IMG/VR virus record: IMGVR_UViG_3300025466_000023
Coordinates: 17,519 to 81,518 of that record
Strand: one strand, 5' to 3'
Length of the DNA stretch: 64,000 nucleotides
From: a virus
Of the stretch, positions 55,481-64,000 are shown piece by piece; the first letter of the stretch is position 1, and each line of letters starts with the position of its first letter. The notes under the pieces are model-generated. The model saw only the letters and a program-made list of their open reading frames with translations, was not told the origin of the DNA and made no database searches. Position numbers and translations under genes: made by a program.

Positions 55481-56500
55481 TTATTGTTTCTGACGGTTAC
55501 GGATCATCGCAAGGATGTCTTGAGCTCTTGAACTTGCTTCTGCACCACTTGAGCTAGTTGCTTGTGGAGCCTGCGTTGCCACAGGAGCCTGTTCAGCAAC
55601 TTGACTTGCGGGTGCTGACGCCGCACTCTCAAAAGGGACATCTTCATCATCCACAGTTGAAGTTGCTACTTTAGCAGGTGCTGAATAACCAGAACCTGTA
55701 GCTTGACCACTTCCGCCCATACCTGCTGGTTTGAAATATTGTCCCCAACGTTCCATGTCAAATGCTTCACCGTCAACTGACGCTTCAAACATTTCTTTCA
55801 TAACTTTGAGTTCTACTTCACCCGGCTTCTTAGGTAGGAAGCTCTTCAAATCAAACAACCCATACTGATCAATAGCGGCTTGTTCTTCTGCGCTTAATGC
55901 ACGTTCACGACGAGCCCAGTTTGATGTAGAGTAGTCTGCGTAACCACCCTTGGATGTTTTAACGATTTTGAAATCTAGACCACGAACGTAGTCTGTTGGT
56001 AATTCTTCAATCTCACTATCCATCAATGCGTTCTTGATGATGTTGTGGATCTGACTGCCAATGATGAATCTACGAATTGGATTCTCTGGAGTCTTGTCTT
56101 CTTTTAGATCAGAAGTTGTTACAAAACCTTGGAACAAGTAACTACGCTTTTTCCAATACTTACGACCCATTTCTTCCAAGCTCTTGTCTTTAAACCAAGG
56201 ACGTACCTCAGCTAAAATTGGACAAGCTTCACCATACATTTCCATGCAAGGTACTTGTACTGTTACTGGTTTGGAATTTGTTTCACCCTTAACTCCCGCG
56301 AATGGAAGTTTGATCATTGCACGTTCAACCCAGAAAAATGTGTTGTTTGCGTCACCATCTGGAAGGAAGCGAACTGTTGTAGTTGTGCCTTCTGCGGCGT
56401 TCCAATGTGGGTAAATTGCGTTGTCACCACCTGTTGAGCTACCGGTGTTTTGTTGTGAACTTGCTTGAAGTTTCGCTCTGATTTCTGCCAAAGTTGCCAT
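55481..56500 (-). CDS. Single-stranded DNA-binding protein (T4 gp32-like)
   Basis: VRFLP, C.E..GE.CP, G.DFKIVK..KGGYADYSTS; low-complexity C-tail. Confidence 0.8.
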   Translation of the reverse strand: MATLAEIRAKLQASSQQNTGSSTGGDNAIYPHWNAAEGTTTTVRFLPDGDANNTFFWVERAMIKLPFAGVKGETNSKPVTVQVPCMEMYGEACPILAEVRPWFKDKSLEEMGRKYWKKRSYLFQGFVTTSDLKEDKTPENPIRRFIIGSQIHNIIKNALMDSEIEELPTDYVRGLDFKIVKTSKGGYADYSTSNWARRERALSAEEQAAIDQYGLFDLKSFLPKKPGEVELKVMKEMFEASVDGEAFDMERWGQYFKPAGMGGSGQATGSGYSAPAKVATSTVDDEDVPFESAASAPASQVAEQAPVATQAPQATSSSGAEASSRAQDILAMIRNRQKQ

Positions 56501-56570
56501 AATGTTTCTCCTTAAATTTTATGCCTTTGTTTGCTTTTATGCCTCTTTCTTCTATGCAACTACATAAAAG

Positions 56571-56619
56571 AAAAAACTAGCATACGTTTAATTGTATGCT
56601 AGTTTATTTATATTGTCAA
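56571..56619 (-). promoter_or_regulatory. Overlapping sigma70 promoter, late promoter and terminator-like hairpin upstream of the SSB operon
   Basis: TTGACA(56619-14)-N17-TACAAT(56596-91); TATAAATA(56612-05); hairpin AAACTAGCATAC/GTATGCTAGTTT with U-tract. Confidence 0.7.
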
Positions 56620-56655
56620 GTTTTACTTGACTGAAAATATGGTAATTTTAACCAA

Positions 56656-58602
56656 TTATTTTTTGTTTGCGATCTTACGTGCTGTCTTAGCTAAGGTTTT
56701 TTCTTTCTTAACAGTTGTGCTGTCACTCTTCTTGATTGCCAACTTGCTTGCTGGAATTTTCTCGCCTTGCTTAACACCTAGCTCTTTGTGTAGCTTGCCT
56801 TTGTTCTTGCTGAACGCATCTTTCATCCAGTTTTTCTTTTCCATTACTGGCAATCCGCTTAGTCTACGGATAGCTTCCATTTGTTTATTATCACCATGTT
56901 TTTGGATCAAATAGGTGCATAGTTTTTCTGCAAGCTCGCCTGCTGAGTCACCATACTTGACAGCGATATGAGTTTTTACGCCAGTTTCGCCTCTTGGAAA
57001 AGCTCCTGCGATTGGGTCAAACATTGACTTAACTACTTCTGCGATTTCTTTAATTGGAGGTTTACCAGTTGTGGCCATTTCGCCATCTTCTTCGCCTAGT
57101 TCTGCACCAAAATCATCAGTTCCTATACTACCGCGCTTGGCCATGCCTTGATATTTGGCAACATCTGGATCTGTTTCATCATCACCGTCATCACCGTGCA
57201 TGTCCATTGGAGGAGCAGACTTTCTAAATTTAGGATCTAGTTCAGCAGTCTTACTTTGACCTGTAACACGTTCCCATGCCTTTGTGATAGCTTCATAAGG
57301 CATACCTAGATAGTTTAATGTATTTTCAAATTCTGTTTCTAATTCTGGTGTAGGTTGTACTTCACCAGATTTGATTGCTTTGTTAAGTCCAACAATATAT
57401 TTCATTGTTTCGTGTTTTTCTTCTGGAGTTTGATCTCCGCTTTCACGAACTAATTTAGCAGGAGCAAATGGATCTAACTCATCTGTCCATGCTTCGAAGG
57501 CTTCGAACGCACCTTCTTTCTCAATTTCTTTATGCTCGTCGCCATGTACTGGGCAGTCTTCTTCACCAGTATCATCGCATGTACATTTTTCAGAATCTTC
57601 ACTAACAACGTCTGCTAAATCAACTACACTTGTTTCGTGCATAATGCTGTTTAGTAGTGGGAAGTATTGTGCTAGGTCATCTTTAAATGAGCTAACTGTA
57701 AACTTGGATTTAAAATCTGCTAGAGTCGTTTCATCTAGTTCTTCAATTTGTGATAATGGAGTAGCTTCTAATGATTCCATCCATGCTTCATAATTCTTTT
57801 GCTTGCTAATAGCTTCCATCGTGTGGCGAAGCTGACCCAACTTGCTACTTGCACGATCTAAAATGCCAACAGCTTCTGTTGTTAAGTTTTGTGCATTACC
57901 TACATGGCGTTTGAATGAACCTAATTTGATAATGTGTTCGCTCATTGTTGTAATCGCTTGTCCAGCTGTATCGAATGGATTACCACCGTTAGCTACGTGA
58001 CGTTGCATGGCCTTGGCACCGGCTAAATGTATGAATGGATACTTGAAACGCTCACCTGCTTCGTTTTCGATAAAGATTGCTTTAACATGACGACTGCGTC
58101 CGCCTACTACATTTTCATCCACTGCCTTAGAATGGCGCAAAATTAGTTTTGTGTTTTCTAGTTTGCGGTAACTGCTCATTGAGCTACCATAGTAATTTGA
58201 TTCTTGCATAGCGTTTTCCTGTGGTGATCCGTTTTGTGCTAAAAACTGGAAGTCATTTTGATCTAAGAAGTCTTTGCTAATGTCACGTGCATCAAAGCGT
58301 AGTAATCTACGTTTAGCAAAGCCTCGCATTTCTTTTAAGAAGTCATACCATAATCCTGCTGATACATGGTCTATGCCTTCTACTATTCCTTGGCTGTAAA
58401 ATACTTTTAAACTGCCGATATTGTTAATGCTGATACTAACACGACCTAGGTTGTTACCTTCTAGGACAAAGTCAAAATCAAACATTCTGGCTTCTTTAGG
58501 GTCTAAGGTTACGGCGCCGGTTTCGTCGCCCATTTCTAGGTTAGTGAAACGACTGCGTACTTTGTCGAATAAATCTTGGGCTATAATTTCTAAAGCGTTC
58601 AT
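56656..58602 (-). CDS. Large acidic protein, probable head/virion component
   Basis: 648 aa, downstream of the terminase, IRRLSGL motif, basic tail. Confidence 0.55.
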   Translation of the reverse strand: MNALEIIAQDLFDKVRSRFTNLEMGDETGAVTLDPKEARMFDFDFVLEGNNLGRVSISINNIGSLKVFYSQGIVEGIDHVSAGLWYDFLKEMRGFAKRRLLRFDARDISKDFLDQNDFQFLAQNGSPQENAMQESNYYGSSMSSYRKLENTKLILRHSKAVDENVVGGRSRHVKAIFIENEAGERFKYPFIHLAGAKAMQRHVANGGNPFDTAGQAITTMSEHIIKLGSFKRHVGNAQNLTTEAVGILDRASSKLGQLRHTMEAISKQKNYEAWMESLEATPLSQIEELDETTLADFKSKFTVSSFKDDLAQYFPLLNSIMHETSVVDLADVVSEDSEKCTCDDTGEEDCPVHGDEHKEIEKEGAFEAFEAWTDELDPFAPAKLVRESGDQTPEEKHETMKYIVGLNKAIKSGEVQPTPELETEFENTLNYLGMPYEAITKAWERVTGQSKTAELDPKFRKSAPPMDMHGDDGDDETDPDVAKYQGMAKRGSIGTDDFGAELGEEDGEMATTGKPPIKEIAEVVKSMFDPIAGAFPRGETGVKTHIAVKYGDSAGELAEKLCTYLIQKHGDNKQMEAIRRLSGLPVMEKKNWMKDAFSKNKGKLHKELGVKQGEKIPASKLAIKKSDSTTVKKEKTLAKTARKIANKK

Positions 58603-58611
58603 AATTTATAT

Positions 58612-60198
58612 TTATGCTATTCCGCTAATGTAGATAGGCATGGGCATAACAATATCGTCATCTGGGTGTTCGTTAAATTTCTCATAAATCGCAGGATCCC
58701 AGTCTTGCAATAGCATAATCATACGTACATTTAGCAATAACGATGAAACTAAGTCGTCGTGTTGTCCTACTTTTGCTTCAAAACTAGACCCGCCCGCAAT
58801 AAATGCTTTTAATTCTGTAATTAAAGGTTTGCTATAAATTTTGAGAGTTTTATGTTCGATTAAATGTTTTAATTTAGCACAGGCCGCAATTTTAGCTTTT
58901 TCTGTTGTATTAAACCCTTTACGGAATCTGCGAACATGCCCTTTTTTAATTGGCTCACTTAAAAATAATCCGGGTATGCTTTCTTCGCCTATTTCGCTAA
59001 TTGCTACAAGTGCGGCTTCACCTAATGAGTTGTTTTCAACTGAATAGTATATGTTAGCAGTTGTTCCTACTGATTGGCATTCTGAATTAATAAACTTACA
59101 AATGTCACGTAAGATTCGTACTTGTGCTTGTACTGGTGTTAGGTTGTGTTGCCATTCGCCTACTTGTTCAAATGTAGGTATTTCTATAACTTGTATACCA
59201 GCATAGTCTCCACCCGTACCCATACTAGGATCAAGTGACACAATATATGTCATTCGAGGATTTATATCCTTGTACCAGCGGACTTGTCCCTGTCTAAACT
59301 TAGGTTCAACTCCAACCATCTCTGCCAAGTTTATACTGTTAATTAACGTTTCGTCATAGATCAAGAATTCGCAACCATACTCACGTCGGAACCTTTCTTC
59401 ACCGATACGTCCCATTTCAACTTTAGCCCATGCCTTATCTCTGTCTGGATGATCTGACCAGTGGCTAATATATGGATGGAATCCGTTTTCACCTACTGTT
59501 TGTTCATTACCAAATTCGTCAAACTTGCGATTGGCGCCAAACCAAATTTCAGCAAATTGATCTTCATCTGAGTTAGGTGTTGATGTAATAATTGCCTTAC
59601 CACCAGTTGCTAGTGTTGGTGATATTGAAGTCCAGAATTCTGTAGCAATGTTTGGCGGAACGAATGCAAACTCGTCACAGTATAGTAGTGATATAGACAT
59701 ACCACGACCTGTATTTTCTGTAGTTGTCTGCGCTACAATACGTGAACCATTGTCAAATTCAATCGACTGTTTGTTATAACTTGTAACGCCACAACGAATA
59801 TGATCTGGACACAATTCATATGCATACCGAATACGTTGCATAATTTCCTGTGCGCCTGTATATTTGTGAGCGGCAATTAGAATTGTTTGATCGGGATTAA
59901 ACATCGCATACCACAACAAATATCCAACCGCTGTAGTTGTCTTACCACTTTGACGTGGTAGCATGTTTACGTTGAATCGAAAGTTATGTAAACTATCTAC
60001 TAGGGCATCTTGATATTCGTATGCCTGATATTTTATCTTACCTCTCGTTGGGTGTTGTATTGAGAAAAAATTCTTTAAGAAATATTTGTGCCCATTGTTG
60101 GGATCAGTACATTCTTGTAAATCAAGCAGGTCTTGTTCACTAAACTTTACAGTTTTGTGAGCCGTCTTGATTAGTGTTGTATCTTTGTTTAATGACAT
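58612..60198 (-). CDS. Terminase large subunit (T4 gp17-like)
   Basis: PRQSGKTT, GRGMS, YCDEFAF, ITSTPN, FRREYGCEF, SLDPSMG, HDDLV. Confidence 0.95.
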   Translation of the reverse strand: MSLNKDTTLIKTAHKTVKFSEQDLLDLQECTDPNNGHKYFLKNFFSIQHPTRGKIKYQAYEYQDALVDSLHNFRFNVNMLPRQSGKTTTAVGYLLWYAMFNPDQTILIAAHKYTGAQEIMQRIRYAYELCPDHIRCGVTSYNKQSIEFDNGSRIVAQTTTENTGRGMSISLLYCDEFAFVPPNIATEFWTSISPTLATGGKAIITSTPNSDEDQFAEIWFGANRKFDEFGNEQTVGENGFHPYISHWSDHPDRDKAWAKVEMGRIGEERFRREYGCEFLIYDETLINSINLAEMVGVEPKFRQGQVRWYKDINPRMTYIVSLDPSMGTGGDYAGIQVIEIPTFEQVGEWQHNLTPVQAQVRILRDICKFINSECQSVGTTANIYYSVENNSLGEAALVAISEIGEESIPGLFLSEPIKKGHVRRFRKGFNTTEKAKIAACAKLKHLIEHKTLKIYSKPLITELKAFIAGGSSFEAKVGQHDDLVSSLLLNVRMIMLLQDWDPAIYEKFNEHPDDDIVMPMPIYISGIA

Positions 60199-60212
60199 GC
60201 TTTTATTTACTG

Positions 60213-60240
60213 AAAAAAATAGGCTCCGAAGAGCCTATTT
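60213..60240 (-). terminator. Intrinsic terminator with UUCG loop
   Basis: AAATAGGCTC-TTCG-GAGCCTATTT-TTTT. Confidence 0.88.
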
Positions 60241-60255
60241 GGTAGCTACTAATCA

Positions 60256-61365
60256 TTAATGATTAGGGTTCACGCCTTTTTTCATTTGAGCAGATTTTCT
60301 TCTTTCATTTCCTAGATGGCTAGCTACACTAGCTTTAGCATATTGTCTATCGGCTTCATCTTCGTCACCGCTCTGACTAGCATCATTACCTCTTGCTACT
60401 GCTCTTTTGTGTACTGCCGCATATTTTCCTGGGGACATTTCGGATATTTTGTCAACTTTTTGATTGCCTTCGTTAATAAATTGTTGATAGTCTGACATTA
60501 ATTTTTCTGCTAAAGAGCCTGTGTCGTCTGTTGATTCAACTGCCTCTGTTGCGTGTGCCTTCATTGGATTATCACCACTGCCATAAGGTTTATTATCAAA
60601 ATCACGTAGTCTATTGATCACATCTGCAAATGAGTTTGGATCATAAGCACGTGTATGTTCTTTAGGACTGTTATCAAAAATGCGTGAATCTTCTGCCTTA
60701 ACAAAATCTTCTGGATCTTTATCTTTCAACTGATTGGTCATGTCTTCAACGTCATTGACCATATCACCTACATCGCCTGTTGGAGATTTATCATCAACAT
60801 CGTGGCCTAGTTGACCTGAGAAGTCTGCTGGTTCATCACCGAACTCTGCCGAGCCTGCACCCATTTCAGCTTCTTCATCTTCAATACCGTCAATATGACC
60901 TAATGCTTTAGCAATATCGCTCATTGGTTCTTGGTGTCCCATTTGACCAGCAGGTTCAGCAGTTAATGCCTGACCGCCAAGTGCATCTGGAGTACCTAAA
61001 TGATGACCAGCATCTTTAACGCCTGCTAGGTTCATAATTTGTGTAAGCATGCTAGCTACTTCGTCGCCTGATGCGGCAGAAGCATTTAAACTAAAACTAG
61101 CTGATGGTTTTTGCATACCCATTGGGCTTGGACTGCTCATCATGCCCATCGGACCGCATTCTGCTAGACCTTCGTTTAAACCTGAAAGTTTTTGTAGTTC
61201 CGCGATACTGATTTGTTCAGTTACAACAGTTTCACCTGTGTAGTTGTTCAAAACAGTAACAGCATTAGTACCGTTGAACTCTTGTTTTTTTGATTCAGCC
61301 TTAACAACGTTAGAATTGTTTGAATCCAACTCTGCTAGGCGTTTCATTACGTCGATCATTTGCAT
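60256..61365 (-). CDS. Acidic protein, probable prohead core/internal protein
   Basis: LQKLSGL and IMNLAGV motifs; several I/L-x-E sites. Confidence 0.55.
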   Translation of the reverse strand: MQMIDVMKRLAELDSNNSNVVKAESKKQEFNGTNAVTVLNNYTGETVVTEQISIAELQKLSGLNEGLAECGPMGMMSSPSPMGMQKPSASFSLNASAASGDEVASMLTQIMNLAGVKDAGHHLGTPDALGGQALTAEPAGQMGHQEPMSDIAKALGHIDGIEDEEAEMGAGSAEFGDEPADFSGQLGHDVDDKSPTGDVGDMVNDVEDMTNQLKDKDPEDFVKAEDSRIFDNSPKEHTRAYDPNSFADVINRLRDFDNKPYGSGDNPMKAHATEAVESTDDTGSLAEKLMSDYQQFINEGNQKVDKISEMSPGKYAAVHKRAVARGNDASQSGDEDEADRQYAKASVASHLGNERRKSAQMKKGVNPNH

Positions 61366-61367
61366 AA

Positions 61368-61958
61368 TTATTTCCTTGGATCATAGTCAGATTGTTGTAT
61401 CGGACTGGTTGTGTTTTCCTTAGAGTTAGTATTGTATTCTACTGTTTTCTCTTTGGGAATCTGTTGGCCTTGTTCTACACGTTGGGCCTTAATTGTATCA
61501 TTCAATGCTTTTACAAAGCTCATGTTGTATTCGGTGCCATAATATTTTGTACTGTCTACATTAGCCGCTTCTGTGTAGTTTGGATCTTGTAGCAATGTAC
61601 CTTCGTGCGCCTCTCTTGGAGCTTGGTATTCTTCTGTTGGTTCAAATGGATTACGTACTACTATTTGATCTCTGCCTAATCTTAGATTAGTTGAAATGTA
61701 CTCGTGTAATTCCCATTGTGTTGTTGGATAATCTAAACTTACTTCGTAGATGTTAACTTCTGCGTGTTTGATTAATGGAAAATCTAATGGTAAAGCCTGG
61801 ATAGGAGTTTTGCCTGTTTTTTTGAAACTAGACACTTGCCACTTGTTTAAAAGAGCTTCAAGCATCTTCTCGTTGTCAGCAGAAACGTCTCCTGCAATTT
61901 TGACCTTGAAGTCAAATGTGCGTTTGCTTTCTGTTAAGTATTCTTTGAATGATCTCAT
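61368..61958 (-). CDS. Hypothetical, probable head-associated protein
   Basis: MRSFKEYLTE N-terminus resembles the T4 internal-protein capsid targeting sequence. Confidence 0.6.
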   Translation of the reverse strand: MRSFKEYLTESKRTFDFKVKIAGDVSADNEKMLEALLNKWQVSSFKKTGKTPIQALPLDFPLIKHAEVNIYEVSLDYPTTQWELHEYISTNLRLGRDQIVVRNPFEPTEEYQAPREAHEGTLLQDPNYTEAANVDSTKYYGTEYNMSFVKALNDTIKAQRVEQGQQIPKEKTVEYNTNSKENTTSPIQQSDYDPRK

Positions 61959-61975
61959 GTTTGTTTCCTGGTATA

Positions 61976-62464
61976 TTATTTATTCATATTTTTAAGTTTT
62001 TCCAGGAGGCTATTACGGTCAGAAATGACATAACCCTCTCCCTCAACCATGCCATCTTCGCTTGGTCCATTTTTCTTATCTATAGCTAGCTTTTTAAGCT
62101 GTAGATCTATCATCTTTAGCTTTTTGTCGATTTTATTGGATTTAGCAGTAATAGCGGCATTAAGCATGTTGCCCGCTACTTCAAACATACGGGCTCCGTA
62201 TCGTGCTTCTACGTTCATTCCGAGTGCCATGAGATCGTCATATGCTTGTTCTGCTTTGTTTGCTAGGTTATCTAGCTCTGAATCGCTCATATCTCCCAAG
62301 CCTTTAACTTGGGGCAAAGCGGCTGAAATTTTATCAAACTGTTCCAGGTTTTGTTGTAGATCAACATGCTGTACAGCCGTTAAATCTATGTTATCCGGCT
62401 TGGTGACAGGTTCTGGCTTTTTAGTTGATTCTATGTTTAGTAGTTCTTCGAGCTTTTTAGTCAT
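61976..62464 (-). CDS. Putative terminase small subunit (gp16-like)
   Basis: Helical, ARMFEVAGNML, DRNSLL..LK; upstream of the large subunit. Confidence 0.55.
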   Translation of the reverse strand: MTKKLEELLNIESTKKPEPVTKPDNIDLTAVQHVDLQQNLEQFDKISAALPQVKGLGDMSDSELDNLANKAEQAYDDLMALGMNVEARYGARMFEVAGNMLNAAITAKSNKIDKKLKMIDLQLKKLAIDKKNGPSEDGMVEGEGYVISDRNSLLEKLKNMNK

Positions 62465-62472
62465 AACTTTAC

Positions 62473-62913
62473 TTATCGCTTTTTACTGCCATTATGGAAA
62501 ATATCAGCCTCTGTTAACACTCTAAAAGTAAGCCCGCGACCTCTAGCCCATTGTCTGGCCATTTCCCACTTGACTTGATTGCGCACAAACTGTCCCTGAT
62601 TGTAGGGATTTTTACCAACATTTTCTATCATAGTTTGATTCATGGGTTTTACTTCCCATATTTCGCTATGCTTTTTATTTTTCTTATCTGTATACACTAC
62701 TAAAAAATCAGGTACGTAAACTGTTTGTTTTCCTGTCAGGGGATCTCTGTATGGGATTTTAACTGCTTCACTAGCCCATTGCTCGATGGCCGCATTTTCG
62801 TCACACATCTTCATAACGGCCGCTTCCCAACTGCTTCTATAATAAGGGGTACCCCCACCGACGTATTTTTCTGGGTTCTTTAGAATATAAGGACCACGTG
62901 CTGTGTTTCTCAT
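62473..62913 (-). CDS. Head completion nuclease (T4 gp4-like, PD-(D/E)xK)
   Basis: NPEKYVG, YRSSWE, WASE..KIPY, YVPDF, EVKP. Confidence 0.88.
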   Translation of the reverse strand: MRNTARGPYILKNPEKYVGGGTPYYRSSWEAAVMKMCDENAAIEQWASEAVKIPYRDPLTGKQTVYVPDFLVVYTDKKNKKHSEIWEVKPMNQTMIENVGKNPYNQGQFVRNQVKWEMARQWARGRGLTFRVLTEADIFHNGSKKR

Positions 62914-63290
62914 TAGGCTAATATATTACGTTGTACGCTGTCCACTGGAATAAAAGATTGTGCCATTCCAAGACTGCTGGATTTATATCTGTTGTAGTTG
63001 AGTAATTCTGTAACCAGCGCAGATATTTGAACATTGTCTAGACCCTGGAGGGTGTCGATGATTTGAAAAGGTTTATATCCGTCGATTCTAGCTTGCCTTA
63101 ATATTATATAGGTAATACTTTGTGCAGAGTGAGTATCAAATCCTCTACTAGTAAAGAAACCAACTGCGGCATCAACTGTGGCCGCATCTAGTGCTAATGT
63201 AGGTTTTCCATATTGGTCAAATACCTGTAGGGTAGAGGATGCACTATCAGTGATTTGTTCTTGTGGTATGTTATTATAGTATGTTGGCAT
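62913..63290 (-). CDS. Hypothetical protein
   Basis: TAATG overlap with the gp4-like gene. Confidence 0.7.
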   Translation of the reverse strand: MPTYYNNIPQEQITDSASSTLQVFDQYGKPTLALDAATVDAAVGFFTSRGFDTHSAQSITYIILRQARIDGYKPFQIIDTLQGLDNVQISALVTELLNYNRYKSSSLGMAQSFIPVDSVQRNILA

Positions 63291-63301
63291 AATCTTATAT
63301 A

Positions 63302-64000
63302 TTAAACGTCATAAACATCGGCGGAGTTTTCGGATCCTGTTGTATTATTGTTAGGCTGTGGATTCGCATTATCGTCAGGACCACCTGCTTCTTGATCATT
63401 CGGTGCGGCGTTTGCTTGAGGATCCGCAGGACCATCTGTATCTTCATCGGATTGTAAATTGTCTGGTTGCTGTTCAGTTTTTTGTGCTGTAGTCAACGCA
63501 TTTTCTACTAGTGTTTGATTTGCCTGTAGTACGGAAAGATTAGCTTGAAGTTTTGCAGGATCTTGATAACCTTTTGATGCAAATTGAGCATTAACATCAT
63601 CAACCGCAGATTGCCCACCAGCGGCCGCGGCATTTGCTACAGCTTGTGTATAAACTGCTTGTTGAGATTGCGCTGTGGATATCTGTGATTGCAGGGTTGA
63701 TACTTGCGATTGATAATCTGCTGATAGAGAATTCAATGAATCGACATCAGCTGGCAATAGAGTAGGATCTAATGGAGTTATATCAGGAGTAACTGCTCCT
63801 GTGGTGCCGAGTTGGGTAGAAGTGCCGCCCGTACTATCAGTTCCAGCTCCGCCACCTATTACACCTTTTGGTGACGCAGTAGTTTGACCATTTGTGCTAG
63901 AGTTTCCGCCCTTGAATAAACTTAGTGCGCCACCGACTACACCGCCACCAATGCCAACCGGTGCTCCAGATGGTATGTTTCCTCTGTTACCTATCGTGCC
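63302..64000 (-). CDS. C-terminal part of a Gly/Gln/Ala-rich probable structural protein
   Basis: Frame stays open from the window end to the stop at 63302. Confidence 0.65.
   Translation of the reverse strand, partial: GTIGNRGNIPSGAPVGIGGGVVGGALSLFKGGNSSTNGQTTASPKGVIGGGAGTDSTGGTSTQLGTTGAVTPDITPLDPTLLPADVDSLNSLSADYQSQVSTLQSQISTAQSQQAVYTQAVANAAAAGGQSAVDDVNAQFASKGYQDPAKLQANLSVLQANQTLVENALTTAQKTEQQPDNLQSDEDTDGPADPQANAAPNDQEAGGPDDNANPQPNNNTTGSENSADVYDV

Noticed and set aside
44072-60198. Introns or inteins in helicase, UvsW, UvsX or terminase
   Set aside because: Lengths are typical and motifs contiguous; no intein boundary or frame break seen.
443-62525. Many 60-160 aa ORFs in the track antisense to or nested in long genes (e.g. 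1228, 4666, 10512, 44694, 51963, 62049)
   Set aside because: Shadow frames of well-supported genes, without SD or promoter support or protein motifs.
1-64000. Stop-codon reassignment or selenocysteine
   Set aside because: Conserved genes are full length in the standard code, with TAA, TAG and TGA all used as stops.

Overview
This 64-kb window is part of a large T4-related (myovirus-like) tailed phage genome. IscU/IscA/ErpA/IF-1 sequence style tentatively suggests a betaproteobacterial host. Layout: (1) 1-2.9 kb tail-fibre and head-type genes; (2) 3-8 kb HNH nuclease, IF-1, ATP-dependent ligase and Fe-S assembly genes (erpA, iscU, iscA); (3) 8-20 kb an AT-rich, tightly coupled minus-strand cluster with four radical-SAM proteins, an 89-aa protein ending CDCQCQCDC, a DUF3050 protein, Fe oxygenases, a MaoC dehydratase and a FabF/B ketosynthase; (4) 21-42 kb a GC-richer zone with glycosyltransferase-like and 2OG-Fe(II) oxygenase genes around an ~11.5-kb early module (about 17 near-consensus sigma70 promoters, many small genes, two tRNAs, two candidate structured ncRNAs) bounded by repeat-rich non-coding DNA; (5) 42-64 kb core replication, recombination and packaging genes. 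The most striking candidates for undescribed biology are the late-promoter-driven radical-SAM cluster with a Cys-rich HxH protein and its own Fe-S supply, a window-wide TAAATA-N5-ATG pattern implying leaderless late mRNAs, and two ~200-nt structured RNAs near the tRNAs. All calls come from reading motifs by eye; no database search or folding program was run.
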